From contig JBHIEG010000040.1 of assembly GCA_046760505.1 (NCBI GenBank), forward strand, positions 1 through 12,559: a DNA stretch of 12,559 bases. Reading direction: 5' to 3'. Origin of the DNA: Candidatus Hydrothermarchaeota archaeon (lineage in GTDB: Archaea; CAYFZR01). The notes beneath the pieces were generated by a model. That model made no database searches. It was given only the letters and a program-made list of their open reading frames with translations, and was not told where the DNA came from. Of this stretch, positions 1 through 6,873 are shown one piece after another; position 1 is the first letter of the stretch, and each line of letters starts with the position of its first letter. A program made the translations under genes and the position numbers.

Positions 1-2
1 TT

Positions 3-686
3 GGTAAATCAAGTCTTTTGAACACTCTTCTTCAGAAGGAAAGAGCCATCGTTAGCCGGTCTCCTGGAACCACCCGTGATACCATAGAAGAGATGGTCCT
101 CATCAAAGGATTTCCTTTGTGGATAATTGACACAGCAGGACTCAGAGAAGTTGAAAGCTACGTTGAAAAGGAAGCGGTGACAAGAACTCGGGACAAAATT
201 GAGCAGGCCAATATAATATTGTTAATGGTGGATGGGAGTCGTCCTCTGGCTCAAGAAGATGAGTCTATTTTTGAAAGAGTTGAAAAGAAGAAAACATTAG
301 TGGTTATAAATAAGATAGATCTACCCCAGAAAGTTGACAGAGAAAGAATGAGATGTTTTTTTCCTGGTGTGCGAATGGTGGAGATTTCGGCAACTCAAGA
401 GATTAATCTGGCCGAGCTCAAACAAGAAATAGCTCGCTTTGCCTTAAAAGAAGCTACTCTTCCTATTTCTAACCCCCTTATCATAAACTTAAGGCAACAA
501 TCTGCTCTTGAACTCACGAAACAACATGTCAATAAAGCACTTGGCAGTTTAAGGGAAGAGTCTTCGGAGGAATTAATAGCCTTTGAGGTAAAAGAGGGGA
601 TCTCCCGGCTGGGAGAGATTACCGGAGAAGTGGTGGCCGAGGAGATCCTGGATCAAATCTTCTCTCATTTTTGCATCGGGAAATAG
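3..686 (+). CDS. mnmE: tRNA modification GTPase MnmE/TrmE, 5'-truncated by the window edge
   Basis: The frame is open from position 3 (GKSSLLN, end of the P-loop). It contains GTTRD (G2), DTAG (G3), NKID (G4) and SA (G5), and ends in the diagnostic FCIGK. The TTG at 18 is internal, not a start. Confidence 0.97.
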   Translation, partial: GKSSLLNTLLQKERAIVSRSPGTTRDTIEEMVLIKGFPLWIIDTAGLREVESYVEKEAVTRTRDKIEQANIILLMVDGSRPLAQEDESIFERVEKKKTLVVINKIDLPQKVDRERMRCFFPGVRMVEISATQEINLAELKQEIARFALKEATLPISNPLIINLRQQSALELTKQHVNKALGSLREESSEELIAFEVKEGISRLGEITGEVVAEEILDQIFSHFCIGK

Positions 687-770
687 TAGCTCACTCCTTC
701 AGGAAATTATCTTCATTATGGTACCAATTAATGTTAGCGCCTGGATTAGATATGAAGAGGGGAGGAAAAA

Positions 771-1364
771 ATGAACATTATAGAAAGGGTAAAAGCAGTT
801 CTTTTAAGGCCTAAGGAAACCTTCGAGCTAATAAAGACCGAATCGGCTACCAGCCAGGGCCTTATCCTCAATTATCTAGCCATATTGGCAATAATTCCTG
901 CAGTGGCTTCAATAATTGGGATGAGTGCGGTGGGAATCTCTGTTCCTTTTATGAGAGTATTTCGCTTTCCCCTGTTGAATTCGGCGTCAAGAGCCATAGT
1001 TCAATATGTCTTAACTCTGGTGGGAGTTTATGTTCTGGGATTAATAATAAATGCTCTGGCTCCTACTTTCTCAGGGGCAAAGAATAATATCCAGGCACTA
1101 AAGATAGCTGTTTACTGTGCCACTCCCACCCTGGTGGCTGGCATCCTGTACATTGTTCCGGCATTAGGCGTTTTGGTGATAATAGCAGGACTCTATGGGC
1201 TTTATCTTCTCTATTTAGCAATCCCCATTATGATGGAATGCCCCCGGGAGAAGGCTTTGGTCTATACCATAGCAGTAATCGTAGCCAATATCGTCATATC
1301 CGTAATGATTGGTGCCATCGCCGGAGCTGCTACCGCCACCAGGTTTGGATTCAGACTCCTCTGA
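771..1364 (+). CDS. Yip1-domain (DUF1282-like) multi-pass membrane protein
   Basis: Strong SD (GGAGG) just before the ATG. N-terminus MNIIERVKAVLLRPKETF is typical of bacterial Yip1 proteins, with about 5 hydrophobic segments and ALAPTF...QALKIAVY and GLYGLYLLY motifs. Confidence 0.85.
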   Translation: MNIIERVKAVLLRPKETFELIKTESATSQGLILNYLAILAIIPAVASIIGMSAVGISVPFMRVFRFPLLNSASRAIVQYVLTLVGVYVLGLIINALAPTFSGAKNNIQALKIAVYCATPTLVAGILYIVPALGVLVIIAGLYGLYLLYLAIPIMMECPREKALVYTIAVIVANIVISVMIGAIAGAATATRFGFRLL

Positions 1365-1384
1365 TGAGTAGCTCCAAACCTAAA

Positions 1385-1498
1385 TTAAGAGACTCGTTTT
1401 CTTTTTTTTCTTCGCCTAGCTTTAATGATCTTACTTGATTTGTTGCGGTAGCCTACCCTCTTTCGCTTAGACAAGTGTCTCCTTCCGTACTGAGCCAT
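1385..1498 (-). CDS. 37-aa very basic protein, ribosomal protein L34 (bL34)-like, divergent
   Basis: Manual translation gives MAQYGRRHLSKRKRVGYRNKSSKIIKARRRKKRKRVS*. SD-like GAGGGAGTG lies a few nt upstream of the ATG on the minus strand. KRKRxGYR and KARRRKxRKRxS match the L34 pattern. Too short for the supplied ORF track. Confidence 0.65.
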   Translation of the reverse strand: MAQYGRRHLSKRKRVGYRNKSSKIIKARRRKKRKRVS

Positions 1499-1690
1499 TA
1501 TCTTCACTCCCTCATTTTTACTCGCGAGAAGATTTGTTGGCATTTATTTTATAATTAATCTCTGTAATAAAAATAAGTCGGTTTAATAGATTTCCAGCTA
1601 TAATCTTGAGAGTACCAGGAAAGAAGCATTGTAATAATTTCGAGCAATGAGTCAAACAAGCGTCAAGACACCAGATTTAACCGGGGCCTC

Positions 1691-1720
1691 TTGACTTTTT
1701 CAAAAATTTATTTATAGTAT
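1691..1720 (+). promoter_or_regulatory. sigma70-type promoter for the TetR gene
   Basis: TTGACT at 1691-1696 with TATAGT at 1713-1718 (16-bp spacer) or TAGTAT at 1715-1720 (18-bp spacer). Confidence 0.7.
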
Positions 1721-1722
1721 GT

Positions 1723-1752
1723 GACGATTTAGTCGCTTGTGACTAAATCGTC
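1723..1752. promoter_or_regulatory. perfect 12-bp inverted repeat, probable TetR autoregulatory operator
   Basis: GACGATTTAGTC (1723-1734), 6-nt spacer, GACTAAATCGTC (1741-1752). It lies directly downstream of the -10 box, over the predicted transcription start. Confidence 0.75.
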
Positions 1753-1782
1753 CACAATTGGAAAAGGCAGCCTCACTGAGCA

Positions 1783-2556
1783 ATGGAGGACATGGGTCAA
1801 AAAATGACAGAGGTCTTAAGTCGAAGTAAGAGAAGAAAAATCAAGACTTTTAATAGAATTATAAATGCTTCTTACAAAATCTTTCCCAAAAAAGGCCTCT
1901 TCAGGGCTACCCTTGATGAGATTTCCGAGGAAGCTGATGTGGGGAAGGGAACCATTTATCGCCATTTTAGAAATAAGATGCATCTTATAGCCCATTTAAC
2001 TAAAAAAGGCATCGACGATTTGCTGAGTTATTGCAAAACAGAGATAGCTGAAATACAGGATCCTAAAGAAATAATCAAGAAACTCATAGAGGCTCATTTT
2101 GCTTTTTTTGAGAGGAGAATGGCTCTTTTCAAGATTCTTTTTTTTATAAGGGGGGCGCTCCAACAAGATTTTGAGAACCGTTATATAAAAGAGATGCAGA
2201 GTCGTTACAAAAAGTATATAAGCTTTCTGGCTGACAATTTAGATTATGGGATTAAGGCCGGAGTTTTTCGGCCGTTTAATATAATGAATCAAGCTTATAT
2301 TTTAGTGGGTATCGTTAATGGTTTTATTTCGCAATGGATAATTGATGAAAGAAAAGGAACTTTTGTGGAGAAAGCAGGAGTTGTTGCGGAAACCTTTTTG
2401 CATGGTATTGTATCCAATGAGCAAAAGGACAGGCAACGCAACAAAGGATCCTGCAAGATAACACAGCGTCATAAAGATTTCCAGGGACGGGGTGAGTTAA
2501 GCATGGCAAAGAAAGAGGAAAAGAGCAAAAAGGGAAAGAAAGGCTGCGGGAAGTAG
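1783..2556 (+). CDS. TetR/AcrR family transcriptional regulator with a long basic C-terminal extension
   Basis: HTH segment ATLDEISEEADVGKGTIYRHFRNK and the typical C-terminal domain ending GIKAGVFRP...FLHGI. About 45 extra residues follow. Exact start is uncertain (1783, 1792 or 1804). Confidence 0.92.
   Translation: MEDMGQKMTEVLSRSKRRKIKTFNRIINASYKIFPKKGLFRATLDEISEEADVGKGTIYRHFRNKMHLIAHLTKKGIDDLLSYCKTEIAEIQDPKEIIKKLIEAHFAFFERRMALFKILFFIRGALQQDFENRYIKEMQSRYKKYISFLADNLDYGIKAGVFRPFNIMNQAYILVGIVNGFISQWIIDERKGTFVEKAGVVAETFLHGIVSNEQKDRQRNKGSCKITQRHKDFQGRGELSMAKKEEKSKKGKKGCGK
2503..2556 (+). CDS. possible separately initiated 17-aa Lys-rich peptide MAKKEEKSKKGKKGCGK, in frame with the TetR tail
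   Basis: SD-like GGGGTGA at 2489-2495 lies 7 nt before ATG 2503, and composition changes abruptly at this Met. Confidence 0.35.
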   Translation: MAKKEEKSKKGKKGCGK

Positions 2557-2635
2557 CGCACTCTAAAATTCCAGTTTTAACATGTTAGTCTCCTACTAGG
2601 GTTGGAGGATTAGCTAAAATAAAGAATTATTTTGC

Positions 2636-2666
2636 AGGGCGAGTCCAAAGACTCGTCCTTGTTGTT
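2636..2666 (+). terminator. probable intrinsic terminator after the TetR gene
   Basis: AGGGCGAGTC-CAAA-GACTCGTCCT forms a 10-bp stem with one G-U pair, followed by TGTTGTT. Confidence 0.7.
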
Positions 2667-2769
2667 ACATTGGCGGAAAAGGTAATGTTAAAAGCAAAGG
2701 CCGTTGAAAAAGATTATCAGGAATTAGTAGAGCGCTGGCCCAGCAGGCGGAACCTTCCGCAGGAAAGTT

Positions 2770-3558
2770 ATGAGAGTAGGACTTCTTACTTCTGAAAAAA
2801 TCGAATCACCCCAATCGCTTCTTGGATCTTTAAATAATTACCTTCTAAGCAAGGGTATAAGTTCTCAAATAATTAGTCCTTGGGTAATTAATCCTGATAT
2901 TTCCTCGTTAAGGAACTACGATGTTGTCATAGTAAAGATTCGTGAGCGCGAGTATCTCTGGTTAGCCCAATACCTTGAGGAGATGGGAATTAAGGTGATA
3001 AACTCCTACAAGGCTTTATCTCTGAGTAGTAATAAGTTAATTTCCGATGAAATAATGAAACAATCGAGTTTGAAGGTACCGAGGACAGTGTTTGCCTTAA
3101 AAGAAAAAATCTTAGAAAATGTGGATGGTTCTATGTTTCCTGCCTTGGTGAAGCCTTTGTATGGGCGTTCAAAGGGAATAATATATGTAAAATCAGCAGA
3201 GAATCTAAAGAATTTGCGAAAAAAGTGGGTATATCTACAAAAGTTTATTCCCAATAATGACGGCGTAGCCAGGATATACAGGATAGGAAAGGTCGTTGAG
3301 AGTTTTTTCCATCCCAATGAGGGCAAGGCACGGGAGGTATTCCTCCCGGATGAGATAATGAAAGGGGCTTTACGCTGCTTTGACAGGATGGAAATGGAGA
3401 TAGGAGGAATGGATTTGATAGAAGGTGAAGATGGTTATTATGCCCTTGAAGTAAATGACTTTCCGGCAGGGGTAAAGCGCATAAAGAACTGGTTAGGACT
3501 AATAACTGATTATTTAGTTGAGGCCCTACATAGATCCAGAGAAAATAAAGCCCTATGA
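2770..3558 (+). CDS. ATP-grasp fold enzyme (RimK/ITPK1 superfamily), substrate unknown
   Basis: VIN...NK...VPRT, FPALVKP, YLQKFI and GMDLI...YALEVNDFP motifs. It lacks the RimK FRxNxxxGG loop. Confidence 0.85.
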   Translation: MRVGLLTSEKIESPQSLLGSLNNYLLSKGISSQIISPWVINPDISSLRNYDVVIVKIREREYLWLAQYLEEMGIKVINSYKALSLSSNKLISDEIMKQSSLKVPRTVFALKEKILENVDGSMFPALVKPLYGRSKGIIYVKSAENLKNLRKKWVYLQKFIPNNDGVARIYRIGKVVESFFHPNEGKAREVFLPDEIMKGALRCFDRMEMEIGGMDLIEGEDGYYALEVNDFPAGVKRIKNWLGLITDYLVEALHRSRENKAL

Positions 3559-4253
3559 TCTCAAAGAACGAATGGAATTTACTTAAAAAAACTCATCAAC
3601 ATAAAGAAACAGCATTTGTTTCCGCCTATATCAATAGTCCTTGTTATCACCTAATTACCTGGTTTCTCATTGCCAAAAATATCACTCCCAATCAGGTAAG
3701 CATTTCCACTATTTTTTTAGCAATTGGAGCTAGCTTTGCTTATATTTATGGAAATTTTATCGCCGGAGGCATATTAGTCCAGCTCATCAATATTGTGGAT
3801 GGTGTTGACGGAGAAATTGCCAGGATTAAACATATCGGTTCTCCTTACGGAGAAATTATTGACTCTCTCTCAGATCGGGTAGTGGAAATAGTTTTATGCC
3901 TAGCTATAGGATACGGCGTCTGGCATACCGAAGGATCAGCTTTAGGATGGGTATCTAGCCTAATTGGGATAATAGGCTTTTTAGGGGGTAACTATCTTAC
4001 TGAGCTGGCAGGAGCCAGAGTAGGAAGGGAAGTTCTGAAAAAATCCTGGAAAGACTTAAAAAAACTTATAAAATTTAGATTAAACCACAGAAGCAATCAA
4101 TTATTTATTATTTTTGTATTATCTTTGTTGGGATCACCGGAATTAGCGCTTCTCATAATAGGTGCAATATCAGTTTTTTATTCAGCCCTAAGATTTTACC
4201 GAATGCTGCCACACCTTAAAAACTTTCCTGTAATGGGTATTAGACATACATGA
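3555..4253 (+). CDS. CDP-alcohol phosphotransferase family membrane protein (DIPP synthase/PI synthase-like)
   Basis: Complete signature DGVDGEIAR-x8-G-x3-D-x3-D, an upstream ITPNQVS motif and multiple TM segments. ATGA overlap with the previous gene. Confidence 0.93.
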   Translation: MISKNEWNLLKKTHQHKETAFVSAYINSPCYHLITWFLIAKNITPNQVSISTIFLAIGASFAYIYGNFIAGGILVQLINIVDGVDGEIARIKHIGSPYGEIIDSLSDRVVEIVLCLAIGYGVWHTEGSALGWVSSLIGIIGFLGGNYLTELAGARVGREVLKKSWKDLKKLIKFRLNHRSNQLFIIFVLSLLGSPELALLIIGAISVFYSALRFYRMLPHLKNFPVMGIRHT

Positions 4254-5446
4254 GAATATGTATGTCGCCTTGCTATTTTTATCCAGTGATAGGCGGAGCC
4301 GAGACTCATGTATTTCATTTATCAAAAAACTTAGTGGAGAGAGGACACCAGGTCTTTGTGTTAACTTCGGATTGCATGCCTACAAATAATTGTCACCCAT
4401 TAACAAACCGAGAGGAGATTAATGGGATACGTATTCAAAGGTTTAAAACTTTTGACCTTGGGGCAGGGCTTCGCATCTGGCGAGGCTTAGCAGGCGAAAT
4501 TCTTCAACTTCAGCCAGACGTAATTCACGCTCATAGCATTGGCTTTCCTCATAGTGATATATGCGCTTTGCTCAGCAGAATAAGGAGAATTCCCAGTATT
4601 GTCACCACACACGGGGCCCTGGGGATCGGTGATCCGGCTCATAAAGAGAATGTGAGGAGAAGGATCTGGGCAAGTATTGTGACAAGATGGACTTTAAGGT
4701 TTTTTGACAGGATTATCCTAATTTCTCCTGCGGAGAAGCCATGGGTAGTTAAAAGAGTTCCTGTGGAAAGGATTTGTGTTATTCCCAACGGAGTGCCGGG
4801 AGAAATTTTTGATAATAATATTGACCCGGTGTCCTTCAGGAAAAAATACGGATTGGAAGACATCCCGGTAATTCTATATCTCGGCAGGGTGATTGGGAAA
4901 AAAGGCGTGGACCACCTATTAATGGCAACACCGTTAATTCTTAAAAAACACAAGGTAAAGATTCTCATCGCCGGGCCAGATGGAGGTAAAAAGAGGATGC
5001 TCATGGAGTTATCCCAAAATCTCTGCCTGGACAAAGATGTTATTTTTACTGGAGAGCTCTCTGAAGAAGACAAACTAAAGGCTATAGCCTGTAGCGATGT
5101 GCTGGTCTTACCCAGCAAAAAAGAAGCACAGGGAATAGTCCTCTTAGAGGCGCAGGCGATGGGAAAACCAGTTATAGCTACAAGACAGGGGGGAATTCCC
5201 TATTTTATTAAAGATGGCGAAAATGGGATTTTGATTGACTATGGCAGGCCGGACCAGATTGCTAATGCAGTAGAAAAATTATTATCTGACAGGGAGTTTC
5301 GGGGAAAAATAGGCAAAAAGGGGAAGGAGACAGTCCGGATGCTTAACTGGGATGTAATTACCCAAAAAATTTTAGATGTTTATGAGTCAATCATCGAGGA
5401 ATGTAAGAACAAATTTTTGTTGGCGAAAGTAGGATCCATCACCTAA
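4250..5446 (+). CDS. glycosyltransferase family 4 (GT-B)
   Basis: N-terminal YPVIGGAE, PDVIHAH, IPNGV, GRVIGKKG and the E-x7-E motif EAQGIVLLEAQAMGKPVIAT. ATGA overlap with the previous gene. Confidence 0.95.
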   Translation: MRICMSPCYFYPVIGGAETHVFHLSKNLVERGHQVFVLTSDCMPTNNCHPLTNREEINGIRIQRFKTFDLGAGLRIWRGLAGEILQLQPDVIHAHSIGFPHSDICALLSRIRRIPSIVTTHGALGIGDPAHKENVRRRIWASIVTRWTLRFFDRIILISPAEKPWVVKRVPVERICVIPNGVPGEIFDNNIDPVSFRKKYGLEDIPVILYLGRVIGKKGVDHLLMATPLILKKHKVKILIAGPDGGKKRMLMELSQNLCLDKDVIFTGELSEEDKLKAIACSDVLVLPSKKEAQGIVLLEAQAMGKPVIATRQGGIPYFIKDGENGILIDYGRPDQIANAVEKLLSDREFRGKIGKKGKETVRMLNWDVITQKILDVYESIIEECKNKFLLAKVGSIT

Positions 5447-5584
5447 GAGTGTATTTACGGATATTCATTACATAATGGCTGTTTTAGGAGGGGAACTCAC
5501 TGTGTGTTAAGTCATTTAACTAGAGTTCTCCAAATTGCCAGATCTTCGAACATCGAACTTTTTAAGACAAGTAAACATACACTC
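5447..5584. repeat. 138-bp element with imperfect terminal inverted repeats and nested stems (MITE-like or structured RNA)
   Basis: GAGTGTATTTAC (5447-5458) pairs with GTAAACATACACTC (5571-5584). Inner stems are GGGGAACTC (5490-5498)/GAGTTCTCC (5523-5531) and GTTAA (5506-5510)/TTAAC (5516-5520). Confidence 0.45.
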
Positions 5585-5689
5585 CCACATAGAAAAAGTC
5601 ATAAATAGCTTAATGATCTTTTAGTGGGATGATTAAGTTTGGATTGAGAATTATAAATTAAATTTTTGATAAGAAAGGGGAGAAGAGAA

Positions 5690-5926
5690 ATGAGAACTTA
5701 TCAGAAAGTATTATGGGTGGTGGGTATGGAAGGTATGAAGATAAAAATAAAGCCAGCAAAAGAAGGGGTGGCATCCTATGTAGCCTTATCAGCCCAGGGT
5801 GAGGCAGAGGGAGGGATTCCTCGGCTGGTAAACGATTTTCAAGAGATGGTCAAAAAATATCTTGTGGAACAGGTGAGAACTCCCAATGCGGAAAAGGTAG
5901 AGGTAAAAGTAACAAAGATATTTTAA
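5690..5926 (+). CDS. hypothetical protein, 78 aa
   Basis: ATG 5690 is preceded by purine-rich AAGGGGAG and is preferred over TTG 5666. No family recognised. Confidence 0.65.
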   Translation: MRTYQKVLWVVGMEGMKIKIKPAKEGVASYVALSAQGEAEGGIPRLVNDFQEMVKKYLVEQVRTPNAEKVEVKVTKIF

Positions 5927-5945
5927 AAAAGGGGAAAAAATTGCT

Positions 5946-6053
5946 GTGACAGCTTTTGTTATTGCCTTAATTGCTCTGGGACTAGTATTTATGATTTTCT
6001 TGGTATGCCAAAAGTTAAGATTGTTTCTGAAGAGAAGGAGAAAAAGTAGCTAA
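5946..6053 (+). CDS. 35-aa single-pass membrane peptide (or frameshifted C-terminus of the upstream ORF)
   Basis: GTG start gives MTAFVIALIALGLVFMIFLVCQKLRLFLKRRRKSS*, a hydrophobic stretch of about 20 residues followed by a basic tail. AAGGGG lies upstream. Confidence 0.5.
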   Translation: MTAFVIALIALGLVFMIFLVCQKLRLFLKRRRKSS

Positions 6054-6243
6054 CTTTCGTTGCTAAAGCCTTGGAGTATTAGGTTTGTTGACGAAGGCAA
6101 AAGGGGAGACAAACTATTGATTGGCTTAAAATCTTGCGTCTATGAGGCTCTTACGGCGTTGTTTGAAAAAGAAACCAGGACAGCTTTAACTCTATTTTAC
6201 AAATAAGCCAATTTTAGGCTGAATAAGAGGCAAGGAGGAGAAA

Positions 6244-6744
6244 ATGAGTTTTAAGGGAGTGTTGATTGTTATTGGAATAGTAGTTTTGGGTGTTCTTATT
6301 ACCTTCGGATTTGAGGAAACCAGATTTAGAGTTATGAACAGAGCTCTCCTAACCGAGGTCAAAGCCCTTCGAGGAAAAAACCAGGACCTACTGGTCAAAA
6401 ATAATGGTCTTTCCGAACAGATGAAGACTTTAAGAATTCAACTAGAGGTAAAAGAGCACGAATACGAGGAGAAAATCACTCAATTAGAAGAAGAAGTGAA
6501 AGGACTTGAGGCACCTAGTCAAAACGCAGCACCTCGCACAGTGGAGGTTAGAATCCTCCAGGAAAAAAACCACCTTCTCCAGGCCAAAAACGATAACCTT
6601 ACCAAACAGATAGAGACTTTGAAAGCTCAGCTCGAAGCAAAGATACACCAAAGCGAAAAAGAGAAAAGGGCCCTTGAGAAAAAAATCAGCCAATTGAAGG
6701 GTTTAATAAATAAAGCTCGAACTATTTTAGCGCCGGGAGAGTAG
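6244..6744 (+). CDS. membrane-anchored coiled-coil protein with an internal 63-aa duplication
   Basis: SD AGGAGG, an N-terminal TM/signal segment and a heptad-rich E/K/L/Q body. Confidence 0.8.
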   Translation: MSFKGVLIVIGIVVLGVLITFGFEETRFRVMNRALLTEVKALRGKNQDLLVKNNGLSEQMKTLRIQLEVKEHEYEEKITQLEEEVKGLEAPSQNAAPRTVEVRILQEKNHLLQAKNDNLTKQIETLKAQLEAKIHQSEKEKRALEKKISQLKGLINKARTILAPGE

Positions 6745-6810
6745 CTTTAGTGAACTTGTTCTTTCTTCAGGTATTGTGCGATATTGTCGCCTATACTCCA
6801 AAATTGAAAG

Positions 6811-6833
6811 AATATTCGACTGTGTCGGATATT
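6811..6833. promoter_or_regulatory. inverted repeat upstream of the methyltransferase-ligase gene (operator or leader hairpin)
   Basis: AATATTCGAC-TGT-GTCGGATATT is a 9/10 match, fully paired as RNA with one U-G. Confidence 0.4.
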
Positions 6834-6873
6834 AACAAGTTGGACCCAATTTTGTCATAAGGAGGATAAAAGC

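Noticed and set aside
1238-1438. 66-aa + strand ORF from the track
   Set aside because: It overlaps the Yip1 gene out of frame and the better-supported minus-strand L34-like ORF, with no SD or recognisable content.
1540-1580. AT-rich inverted repeat / possible oriC near mnmE
   Set aside because: Only a short low-complexity A/T match, and no consensus DnaA boxes (TTATCCACA) were seen.
2503-3558. Graspetide (microviridin-type) RiPP cluster with the Lys-rich peptide as precursor
   Set aside because: No recognisable leader or repeated core, a terminator separates peptide and enzyme, and the ATP-grasp is coupled to lipid/sugar enzymes instead.
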